Origin: a virus | Taxonomy: Duplodnaviria > Caudoviricetes | Strand: one strand, 5' to 3' | DNA length: 55,316 nt | IMG/VR virus record: IMGVR_UViG_3300025151_000045 | Coordinates: 1-55,316 of that record | Part shown: piece by piece, positions 1 through 11,200 of the stretch | How positions within the stretch are numbered: position 1 is the stretch's first letter | How the letters are laid out: the number at the start of each line of letters is the position of its first letter | Made by a program: the position numbers and the translations under genes | The notes under the pieces: generated by a model | Database searches by the model: none | Seen by the model: the letters and a program-made list of their open reading frames with translations, nothing else | What the model was told of the DNA's origin: nothing

Positions 1-2
1 AT

Positions 3-278
3 GATAGTGAAGGGAAGGTTATAGCCCTTCAGATAGTGAGTGGAAGGGAAGGTATTTCCCTTCGTCAAGCAGAGGCTCTGGTATACTTTAACATTGACTT
101 TAGTGCCACCAGTTACTGGCAGTCCAGGGATCGAATGACTACTAAGGATAGACTACGCAATGATGTGTATTGGGTTTTTAGTAGAGGGGGGATTGAGGAA
201 AAAATATATGAGGTTGTCATGAGTAAAAAGAATTATACATTAAGCCATTTTAAGAAGAATATGTTTGATGGGATCTAA
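3..278 (+). CDS. C-terminal fragment of SNF2-like/SF2 helicase (5' truncated by window)
   Basis: Frame is open from nt 3; SGREGISL (motif V-like) and YWQSRDR (motif VI-like), followed by IEEKIY typical of phage SNF2 helicases. Confidence 0.8.
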   Translation, partial: DSEGKVIALQIVSGREGISLRQAEALVYFNIDFSATSYWQSRDRMTTKDRLRNDVYWVFSRGGIEEKIYEVVMSKKNYTLSHFKKNMFDGI

Positions 279-660
279 ACGCACATGTAAGGTTTGTAAT
301 AAAAAGTTTGATTTGGAATCTTTTCCAATTGCTAACACCAAGCCAGATGGTAGTAGATGGTATAGACACAAATGTAAAAAGTGTTACCATAAATCTCAAA
401 CACACAAGAGGATTAGAAATAGAAAGTGGTTGTATGAATATAAAAAATCTTTGTGTTGTGAGGTTTGTGGGTATTCTCAAAAAACTCATCCAGATACTTT
501 TGTAACACAAGCGTTAGAATTTCATCACCCTAAAAAGAATAAAAGATTTGCTGTAAGCGATGGATCTAACAGAGGTTTTGCAATTAAAACCATATTAAAA
601 GAAATAAAAAAATGTAAAGTCTTATGTAGTAGGTGTCACATTGAGGCGCATTATTCTTGA
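268..660 (+). CDS. HNH endonuclease-like protein with Zn-binding CxxC motifs
   Basis: CKVC, CKKC, CEVCG...ALEFHH...KCKVLCSRCH pattern. Confidence 0.75.
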   Translation: MGSKRTCKVCNKKFDLESFPIANTKPDGSRWYRHKCKKCYHKSQTHKRIRNRKWLYEYKKSLCCEVCGYSQKTHPDTFVTQALEFHHPKKNKRFAVSDGSNRGFAIKTILKEIKKCKVLCSRCHIEAHYS

Positions 661-679
661 CTATTACTATTATTGTTAA

Positions 680-687
680 TATATTTG
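680..687 (+). promoter_or_regulatory. Bacteroidota sigma-A -7 element (TATATTTG), probably giving a leaderless mRNA
   Basis: Exact TAnnTTTG, 3 nt before ATG at 691. Confidence 0.55.
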
Positions 688-690
688 CTT

Positions 691-933
691 ATGACTGAAG
701 GTCAAATACAAAGTAAGAAAATCAAACAACTTGAAGCTGAAGGATACTACGTCTTAAAATTAATGAAGACGAATAAAAATGGTATTCCAGACCTCATCGC
801 ACTTAAACCTAATCGCCCAGCTTTATTCATTGAAGTTAAAACCCCAGTAGGAAAACTTAGTAGACTTCAAGAGTACAGGTTGACAGAACTTCAAAGGTTA
901 GGTTTTGATATAGAAATTTACAATGGAAAATGA
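691..933 (+). CDS. VRR-NUC (PD-(D/E)xK) nuclease
   Basis: MTEGQIQ...GIPDL...FIEVK...GKLSRLQ signature. Confidence 0.85.
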   Translation: MTEGQIQSKKIKQLEAEGYYVLKLMKTNKNGIPDLIALKPNRPALFIEVKTPVGKLSRLQEYRLTELQRLGFDIEIYNGK

Positions 934-1027
934 TAACGACTACCTTTTATTTTTTATAATATGGAGTGCTGCTTCAATGTGGGGTATTCTTTTAACATCT
1001 TATTTAATAAAAACAAGTACATTATGA
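923..1027 (+). CDS. 34-aa single-TM peptide (not in ORF track)
   Basis: MENDNDYLLFFIIWSAASMWGILLTSYLIKTSTL; fills the gap between neighbours and has an ATGA overlap with the next gene. Confidence 0.45.
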   Translation: MENDNDYLLFFIIWSAASMWGILLTSYLIKTSTL

Positions 1028-1419
1028 ACAAAACACAATTATTAAGGGCTATTATCCTGGATCTATTACACCAGGATGTTATGAAGAAATCACAAAAGAG
1101 AGAGATGGTGGATGCTAGAAAGATATATGCCAATATACTTTTTTCTAAAGGGTTTGGTAAAACATTTATTGCTAGAAGCATTTTAAAAAACCATGCCACA
1201 ATATTACACTATTTAAATGACACAGAGGTTTTATTACTTATGGATGCTAGTTTTAAAGAAAAGTATGAGAACATCTCTAATGCTTTTGAAAGGAGATTAG
1301 CTGACAGCAGTATGAACCTAATGAACAGAACAGAGCTGGAGAATGAGCTGGAGAGATTAAGAGAGGAGAATCATGAACTTAAACTTATGTGTTTAAAAAA
1401 AATTAATAAATCAAAATGA
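1024..1419 (+). CDS. DnaA C-terminal (domain IV)-like HTH protein with coiled coil
   Basis: KREMVDARKIY...IARSILKNHATILHY resembles the DnaA-C signature; ATG 1024 preferred over 961. Confidence 0.65.
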   Translation: MNKTQLLRAIILDLLHQDVMKKSQKREMVDARKIYANILFSKGFGKTFIARSILKNHATILHYLNDTEVLLLMDASFKEKYENISNAFERRLADSSMNLMNRTELENELERLREENHELKLMCLKKINKSK

Positions 1420-1604
1420 TACCAGATTATAGGGAACGCATTAAACTCAATCGTGTAAATCAAACAATGGATGATCTTCATGATCGAACCAATGACATTT
1501 ATGAGCATTGGGTGGAAGATGATTTTCCAGAAATGAAGGAAGCTATAAAAAAGCAAATTATAGAATTAAAAAAACTACTACATGGACTCCAAGAAGAAAC
1601 CTAG
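1416..1604 (+). CDS. hypothetical protein
   Basis: ATGA-coupled ORF in a tight + strand run. Confidence 0.65.
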   Translation: MIPDYRERIKLNRVNQTMDDLHDRTNDIYEHWVEDDFPEMKEAIKKQIIELKKLLHGLQEET

Positions 1605-1806
1605 AAAACGAGGATTAAATTATTACAGACAAGTAAAGGACACAGTATATAAACATCCTAAGAAATCAACTAACGACTTTAGATACCAGAATTTACTGGG
1701 GGACCTGAAAGCCTTGTCTTTAAGACATGGTAACGACCAGGAGTTAGGTGGTGCAGTTAGAAGATTAATACTTAAAAACAATGAGAGGGAACAACACAGG
1801 TGCTAA
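1582..1806 (+). CDS. hypothetical protein
   Basis: Overlapping ORF in the same run; ND.ELG..VR motif seen in small phage proteins. Confidence 0.65.
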   Translation: MDSKKKPRKRGLNYYRQVKDTVYKHPKKSTNDFRYQNLLGDLKALSLRHGNDQELGGAVRRLILKNNEREQHRC

Positions 1807-2257
1807 GGCTAGACTTAAGATCGCACAACTAAAAGAAGACAGCTTTAGAAAACTTTTTAAAAACACACAACTTCCTACTAAGAAGCAAGACATGTTTGAA
1901 CATTGGGATGTTCAAGTAAACTTCAAGGTTGATGTAAAGGGTTTGAAGAAAGTTAAAATGAAAGACAAAAAGCCTGATGAAAACATCCACTGGATTGAAA
2001 TAAAAAACGTGTTAGGTAATAAAGGGTGGCTATATGGCGAGGCTGATTTTTTTGCCTTTGAAACTCATAAGTATTGGATAGTAGTCCCTAAGGTCCCTTT
2101 GCAGGATTGGGTCGCTAAGAACGTGTCTAAGGAGTTTTTCAGTCATCCAGAGATGTATAAACTCTACAGCAGAGCTGGGAGACAAGATATAATCACCTTA
2201 GTTTCCAGTCACGACCTATATTTTCTAAGCGAAGTGGTGTTAGAGAAGGAAGGTTAG
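1781..2257 (+). CDS. putative PD-(D/E)xK nuclease
   Basis: DMFEHWD...VDVKG...WIEIKNVLGNKGWLYGEAD pattern. Confidence 0.6.
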   Translation: MRGNNTGAKARLKIAQLKEDSFRKLFKNTQLPTKKQDMFEHWDVQVNFKVDVKGLKKVKMKDKKPDENIHWIEIKNVLGNKGWLYGEADFFAFETHKYWIVVPKVPLQDWVAKNVSKEFFSHPEMYKLYSRAGRQDIITLVSSHDLYFLSEVVLEKEG

Positions 2258-5200
2258 TTATTTTTAAGCATCTCTGTAATTGCTTCGTTAACGTCTTCTT
2301 TCGCTTCGTTTTGTAATTTTTCTATTTCCTGAACTTCTGGAAGGTTTTCATGATATTCTTCTTGAGCTTTCTTTTCCTGATAAGCTTCAAAGTCTATCCA
2401 TCTTAATGGTTTAGCTGGATCTATTTGATCTTTTAGTGCACCTTTAGGGAAGCCTAGAATAGCTGGTATAGTTTCATCTAACTCTACGTCATCTTTAAAA
2501 AGATCAGACATTGCTAACAGTGGATCTATATTAACACTAGATAGATAAAGCATTTTTGTAGCCATTCTTCTATATGCACTCTCCACTTCTTTATCAGTTT
2601 TTGTTTTGTCACTCACGTCTTGGAGTCCAGCGTAAAACTCAAAAAACGTATCTACTATTGGGTTGTACTGCTTTGATGCTCTATTTCTAGCAGAGTATGG
2701 ATCCATATCGTTGAGGTACATTAAATTTACAGCTTCAAAAATGTCACCTAATATTATTAATGAAGATTGAAACATCTTTAACCCTGTAGCATAAGCAGTG
2801 AGATCTCTCACAAACTTCTCTTCATCTTCTTCATCTCCTGTGAGTCTTAAAAAGTTTCCAGCTGTGAAAAATAAAGCGTTAGCTAAGCTTACATTTAAAG
2901 CCATACTCCTTACAGTTCTCTTACTGAAGTCTTTATTGATAACCATGTTATAGCTTTCTTGCATAAACTTATTAAGCTGTAGTATAGATGTAGATGCAAA
3001 AGCTGTAAACAGTCTAAGAAATGGACTTTTCATTAATTGTATTGCACTTAAATCTTGTGCTCTCCTGGTTTGTTGGGTTTCATTATATTTATTAAAAGCT
3101 CTTAACGCTTTGTCCCTAGACATTCCATTTTCTATATTTCTTTTGTAGTTAATAAAATACCCCATTACACCTAACTGATCACCCACCTGTGTGGTCCACC
3201 CTGCAGCTTTTTCAAATTTCCTGGCAAACTTACCTTTATTTAATACACTTCTATTACGTTGTATACCAGTTGCTAATGAATACAAATCTCCATCTTCTAC
3301 TCTATCTCTAAACGTAGCTGAAACTTTTTTAGCTTCTTGAAAATTCTTTCTATAGTTTATAGCCATTCTAGCTGTGTCATAAGCAAAACCTAAAGCATCT
3401 TGAATTTCTTTTGCAATCACTCCCCCTGCACCTTTTGGCTTGAAGTTTGGATTATAATTATAATCTGCATAGGCAGTAATAAAAGATGTAGCCTGCTTTA
3501 ATATCTGAACAGCTTTAAATGCTAAAACACCAACAGTAAACCTAGATAAGTTTTTATCCAGAAGATCATTACTCATCAACTCCATGAGTGCTTCAGGGTT
3601 TATAGTTTGTGTCAATTGTTTTAAGATTCTGCTGTTTGAACCAGTAACAAGCATAGCCTTGCTAATACCATCAGATTTAAACACTGCACTTACATCTTTT
3701 AACCCTTCAGCATAGGCTTTAAATTTTTCCATTTCTGAAAAATGGTTGTCTAAGACGCTAAAAAAGTCTCTGCCTCTTGTTTGCACTTGACCTAAGTTAG
3801 CTGATCTATTTTTTAAAGCTGATGCGTATTGAGCATTAAAAGCTTTATGAAAATCTCCATCTTTAACAGCATCTACTAACTGTTGTTGTGTTTTTTGATC
3901 TGTTTTAACTTGTCTAGGAAAATAGTTTTTAGTCTTAGGAAGAGACACATAGTTAGTAGCTTCATAAACTTCATTAACTCCTTCGTAGTACTGATCACTT
4001 AAATACTCTACAGTCCTGTCTACAAACTCTTTTGTTTTTGAATCAAGTATCTCATCAAGCTGTTGTTGTAGATCGCTTCTAAATTTAAAAGATCCCCTGC
4101 CTCCCTCTAAAATCATTAAAGCTGTCTCTTCGTTTTTCATTAAAGCGTATAGGTTCATTAACTCTCCAATGTTAAAGTTTTTAACACCCTTCTCCATTTT
4201 TAAGTCTACATTCTTAGAAGCATTATCCATCACCCCCTGAATGCCTTTGTCAAAACCAAAGATACTATTAGCCAGAGCATCCATATAATCTTTCTGATTA
4301 AACTTTCCTCTTATATAGTCCTCACTCATGTCAGCTAACTTATCAATAACATTTTCGCTTAAAAATTTATTGTTTTTCGTTTCCATTAACCTAAGCAGAG
4401 TATTGGTGCTTGATGCAGGGTTTTTAGCTAGCTGATTAAAAAACTTTATATAAAACCTTTTATCTTTTATTTTTTTGAAAGACTTAAGCATTTCATTTAC
4501 AATTTTTCCTGCTGCCTTATCTTTACCTTTAGCACTTAAAATTCTTTCTCTTAAGGAAGCCCAGTTGTCTTTAATTTCATCTTCAGTTAAAAACTCTTTC
4601 TCCTGTATTTGAATAACATTTTTAGTAGATATCTTTTTAGTTTTTTCACTTACAGTTTCTTCGATAACAACTCTAAATGTCTTGCCATCAACCTCTACTG
4701 TGCTTTCAGAGTTACCATCCCACTTATCTAATACCTTAGTACCAAATGTTGTTTTTTCCTCATTACTAACAGGTCTAAAGGTAGTACGATCACTAGTGAT
4801 TATGTCATTGAAAGACTCAGACATTAAATTGTCAGTACCCTCTTTTATCTCTCTATTTCTTCTGGCTCTTTGATAGATCTGATTACCTAGTTGTTGTCTA
4901 GATGCATCCTCTACATTCTTAAAGTTTTGTAAAATACTTTTAATATCTTCTAATGACTTAGAGTTAATTTGAGAAAGTAAACTATAAATTCCTAATTTAT
5001 TCACTAAAGCCATTTCTTCTCTAGTTGCTTTGGAATCTTTAGTCTCGCTTTCCATCTTATCTACAGCTGCTTGCACCTCAGCTTTAACACCTGTCACTAA
5101 TCCATCAACAACATCAAACAATTCTGCTTGCAACCTGTTAATTGTCTTCTCATCATTCTTAGCAAAAGCTTTCAACTGTTTAGCAGCCTCTGCAAAAAAC

Positions 5201-8200
5201 CTAATTCCACTAGCATCTATTCTGCCTTTAGAAACTGTTCTCCCAGATTTACTTCTACCAACCTTAGCTAGATTGGTAAAGTTTTTAATAGTCTCAGCTA
5301 TCAACGCTTTCTTTTGCCTTACCTCAATGTCTTCTGCTAACTTTTCAATCTTAAGCATGCTGGCATCGAAGTTATCTAACTTAGCATCTCTGAGTATCCT
5401 TAAGGCTTTGTTGTATTCACTCTTAGTAACCTCTTTGATAGCTACCTGTTGACGAAGTAAGCTGGTAATTCTTTTCTTCATGGATTGAAGGTTGCTTTCA
5501 TTTACCTTCATGCTTCTTATTTGAGTCTTAAGAAGATCCATTCTTTCGCTTAGATTCTTACCCTCATCAATATCCATTAACTTATCTAGATCCACCTCTA
5601 GCTGTTTCTGAAGTTGTTTGTTTCCAGTCAACAGCTTATATACCTCATGATTCCTTAACAGCTTTCCAGCCATCTCTCTCATCTGGATCCTGGTAAGTGG
5701 CTTACCTTCTTTGTCTCTTTTCTTTTTAGTTTTTTTAAGGGTGTTTCTTATGTCACTAAGCATGGCTATTCCTTCACGCATACCTCCAATTACATTACCA
5801 AAAGATGCAGGGACATTGTAGTCCTGGAATAAACCAATCTGCCCACCTTCAAAATCTATTGTAGATTTTATTTCTTCTATAGTAAGCTTTGGATACATAG
5901 ATTTTACAACCTCTATTATTGAAGCGTCTGTAAAACCTTGCTTTCTACCTTCTCTTATTATCTCTATGGCTGATAAGCCACCCATTACTTCAAACCTAGC
6001 CCTGGAAGTTTTGCCAGCCTCAAATGCTGGATCAAAGGCAGCTGCTTCTTTTTCCATAGCAGTCTTGCCAGAAAACAAATCAGCAAGTGCAATGTTTTGA
6101 AAGTCATCAATACTTAAGTTGGCAATGTCCTCCATCTTAGTTTCTTTACTGGTAGTAAATTTTTCTTGTATGTATTTGTACATACCATTTAACCAAGATA
6201 AAAAATTAGATCTCACACTAGCTTTCGCAATGTTCTCTCCTTTGGTAGCTATACCTTCTACTAATGCTTCTTCTAAAACTAAATCTTCATTAGTTAAATT
6301 ACCATCAGCATCAAACTCACCATACTTTTTCTTTGCTTTCTCATAATAAGAGGTGTCTTTAATTAGTTCCAACCCTTTATTTAAAAGTGCTGTTCCTTTT
6401 TTCCCACTTGCCTTTGATCTTAAAAAGTCAATCCATATGTGACCAAACTCGTGTATAGGTGTTGCTAGGGTTGCTTTATCTGGATTAAGATATATCTGTC
6501 CATCTTTAGTAAGACCCAAAATGACTTTTCCTTTAACCTTACTCGTCAGCACTCCAGGCTCATTAATTTTTTTATTAAACTCTTGTTGACTATTAATAAC
6601 ATTTACTTGAGGAAAAGCATATCTCAATTTTGCTGTTATAATTTCAATTGGCGACATTTTACTGGCTTTAATTCTTGCACCAACAAATGCGTTGTCAATA
6701 AAAAACGAACCACCAACTTGATCCCTAACTTTTTCTTTACTTGGTAAAGATTTAGGTTTACCAGTGGCTTTTTCTATTTCAGGTTTAAATACTCTAGATG
6801 CTTTTGCAAAAAACTCTGGAAACACATTGATGCCATTAGTAGGGGTTTCAAGTACTCCCAAGAATTTACCCTTTGGTCCCCATCCATAATTTTGATGATC
6901 AGCTCTAACTACTTTAGGATTAATTACATCAATACCCATAAACCCCATGACGTCACCTTTTCTAGCTTGCATCATTGCAGGCTCTCCAATATCATCAAGT
7001 AATAATTTTTCACTAAACATACTTTTTTGATCAGGCTGGGAATCAATATCGTTTAACGTTTTTGCAATAAGTCTACCACCAACCTTCTGAGTTTTAGCTG
7101 GACTAAAAATCTTATGAAATAAATATTTTTTAGAATCTAAAGGTAAGTGACCAGCTTCAGCTGTAGCATCTTCTTTAGTTTTTTTCTTAGCTCGTTCTTG
7201 ACTGTCTTTAACAACTGCATCTAATAATTGATCTATGGTTTTAATTTCTGGGTTATTTTCTAAAAACTTTTTAAAGTCAGCTTTAGCTTTTTTTAAATCT
7301 TTCCCTGTTATTGGCTTGTCTAAATCTTTTACAAAAGTTTTAAATGCTTCAGTCCTAGCTTCTAAAGAATATTTTTTTATTGTTGGGTTAATCCATCTAA
7401 ATGTAGCTTCATTAGAATATATGGCACTATCTGCCATTCTCATTACAGTTAAAGGAACCATTCCTTTGTATTTAGGATTATCTGCCCACCAGTTATTAAA
7501 ATACTCTTTATTGTTTTGGTACACTTTTACAGCGTTATCAACCATTTTTTGAGCACCTTCAAAATCTACTCCTGCCCATGCTAGATTTTTATTAGGACCT
7601 AAAAGATTATACATTAGTCCACCTCGAACATCTATAGGATTACCTTGTGAATCTTTGAGAGACTTACCTGTAGCCAACACATCAGACATCGCCATAAGCG
7701 TTGGAGTATTGTCAAATTCTTCTAAAGTAACTATTACTTCATCTTCATTTAATCCCAGTTTTTTTAATGCCTTAGCTATTTCTTTTTTATTTACTTTAGA
7801 TACTTTAACAGCATTCACCTTAGTATCTGGCTGGCTCGTAGGCTCTGTGAATTGTATCTGAGCATCCAGCATTTTGTTCATTGCATCCTCAATCTTTTTA
7901 ATAGACACCTCGTCTTCTAACTCAACCTCTTCTGCAATTTCAAATCTAGCATCTCCTTTCTTAGAGGAGATGTTAAGACCTAGTGCTTGAGCCAATACTT
8001 CAGCCTCATCCTTCACTACTTTTTCAACCTCTTGATCTACTTTGGTTTCTTCTACAACTTCACTAACCTCAGTAGTGGGGGTTTCTGTTTTAGGTGACAT
8101 TAAGAATCTACTAGGACCAATCTTTTCTATTACTTCAAAACCTTTAGATTTAAGCATTTTTTCCATTACAGGGCTAACAACATCTACTTCTACTGTAGCT

Positions 8201-11200
8201 TCAGGATTCATATCTTGTATTTCAAAGGGTAAATCTTTTACTTGGTCTAACAACTTAGAACCAACTCCCTTGCCCTCTACAGACTTATCTACCACAACAT
8301 CAAAAGTATATTTACCTGTTGAATTATCATAAGAAGTGTATGCACCTCCTACAATTTTACCATCTTTATCTCTTGCTATAAATGCTATTTCTCTATCTGA
8401 AGTAATTCCTAAATCTCTTTCTTTAGCAATATTTCTAACTTTGTCTTCTGCTTCGTAATCTATCTCCCCATCTTCTGTTACAGCAGGTTCTAATGTAACC
8501 TCTTGATCTACTTCTTTTTTCGCTTGGTCAACTTGGACTTCTTCTTGATTTAATAAATTATAATATTCGTCTTTACTTAAATTCTTTATACTAATTCCCC
8601 CTCTATCAATTTCAGATACTTGATATCTAGCTGTACCATCATCATATAATTGAACAGTAAATTTATATTTTTTACCTCCTATTTCTATAATTTGCACTCT
8701 TTCTCTAACAGCTACTAAATCTGTTCCTCTCTGTCCTTTTTTTCCTTCAGCTTTTGCTTTTTCTACCGCTTCTTTTCCTATAATTTTTTCTATAACTTTA
8801 TCTGTTCCTTCTTCATATATTGTTAAAGTTGGTATATTATCTTTTGCTTCTTTAAATTCAGGAGTAATTCCATCTATTTCTAATTGTTTTTCTATTTTTA
8901 CTTGCGTCTGGTCAACTTGGATTTTTTCTTGACTCTCTTGGGTAGGCGTTTCTTGGGTGTCTCTTGTTCCCAACGTTTCGCCATCTGTGGATTGTTGCTG
9001 TACATCCACTTTCTCTGTGCTTGGCTTTTGAATGGCATCTATCTCTTGGTTTTTAGTTTTTAAAATGTCTTGAACCTCTTGGTTAGGGTTTCTTATAATA
9101 ATGTTGCTATTAATAAGATCCTTAGAACTCATCTTATTTAAGATCTTAACAAACTGTTTAGCGTTGTATTTTCTACCATTAACAGTATAGCTTTGTCCTA
9201 GCTGTGGAAGCTTAACCTGATTCTCTTTACTTCTTACTTTTCCTGAAGTTATAATCTCATTTATCTCTTTGTTGATTTCAGAGATCTGAGGTCCATAAAT
9301 TTCTTTGCTTTGCTGGTAAAAGTTTCTAGACTTTATCAATTCAGCTACCCTGCTTTTTAATTTTGCCTTTCTCCCTCTACCTCTTACTTTCTGAATTACT
9401 GATTCTACAGTAGTTTTTTGAGATACTGTTTCTTGATCTGTTGGAGCCACATCTTCTGTTACAGCCTCAGTAGTAGTTTCAGTAGTGCTTTCTAATACAG
9501 GTAGTTTTATTTTTATTTTAACTTTACCTGGACCTCCTTTAATGGTAGATGTTTCAATTCCTGGGTATATCTCTTGAAGTTCATTAACAATATTATCAGC
9601 CTCAGCTTTACTAACTACAACATCTTTGTAGTCTGTAGACTTTCCAGTTATACCTTCTTTTGTGGCTTGATTTAATGTTACCTCTTTAGTAATTACATTT
9701 CCATTTTCATCAACACTTTCTTTATACCCTTTCTCTTTAGATTTATTCCAAACCCTTAATCCATCTTTAGAAACACTTTTAGTCTCCATCCATTGATGAC
9801 CTTCAGGTAATTGAGTTTGAGCATTGGCTATCATTTTTCCAAACCCTTTGCCATCTACTACCTGCATTTTAGATGTAAACTTATTAGTTGGCTTACCATT
9901 TTCATAAACTCTGTAATAACCTACAAAATTTTGATTAGTGCCTGTGCTACTAATAATTATATCTACTTGACCATTTTCATTTGAATAAACGCCTGTAGAA
10001 ACTTCACCATCAGTAGTCACATCAGAAATCTTAGGAGCACCAGGAATTCCTGGAGCTTCTTGAGTTTCATCAAATAATTTTTTATCTCTATTCTTTACTC
10101 TTTGAGCAGCCTCTTCAGTAGTAGTTTCTTGATCTGCTCTAAGTTTTTTGTTAGTAAACGCCCCCTTAAATCTTGGAGCCACATCTTCTACTGCTTCTTC
10201 AGTAGCAACTTCAGACGCAACCTCTTCTTCTGCTATTGCTAAGTCAGGGTTGCCATTTTTAATATATTCCTGAGCTGTCTTCTTAGCTGCCAGGTTGTCT
10301 GTAATCTGTTGATATGTCACATCATCAATCTGCCCAGTCTCCCTCATGTTGTTGGTCCAAGCTAAAATTTTCTTAGGGCTTGCAGTTTCTTTCATGATGT
10401 TTTTTACATCTGTCAGCGACTCAGCAAATTGAATTTTTTGAGCACGACTATTAACGTCATACATGTTTTTAGCTATATTGGCATACTGAACAGGAGCACC
10501 TAATGATCCTAACATCTCATCTCCTACTTCATTCCAAGCAAACTTATCCTGATCTCCAATAAAAGCCATTCTTGATGCCTGAGCAGCTACCTCTCCTAAT
10601 CCTTCACCTAAAGTTACTGTTGAAAACTCAGCACCTACCATCGCACTTTTTGCTACAGCAGATTGAGTAAACGCCCTTCTCCCAGCACCAAAGATTTTAC
10701 CACCCATTTTTACAGTCAACATGTTAACCAAAGCAATAGGCACACCTCTAGCTAACCCTCTGTTTCTAGCGTCTTTCCAAACCTCATCATCTTCCATTGC
10801 AGTCTTCCAGTCTTGTGGTAATGTAGGGTTGTAACCCTTCTCAGCAGCCACATCTAATATAGCATTGGTGTATTCTACTAGTCCACTAGCTATAGCAAAA
10901 GTTTCACCTGCACCTTCAATAGCACCTAGTCCTGCACCAATAGCAAGCCCTGGAATACCACCTTCACCACCAACAGCAGCAGTGGCAGCAGCCCCACCAA
11001 TAGCACCCTGCCTACCTCTTTGAACTATTCTAGCACCCATTATAGGGACAGCTATTTTTAATCCATAAGGTAGCATTTGGCTCATAGAGTTAGCAAATAA
11101 TGCACCTGCTACCTCAAAAGGATCTCTAAAAACAGTTGCCCAATACTCACTTCCAGAATCAAAAAAACCTTTTCTAGTGTATCTATTGTGACGTTTTAAA

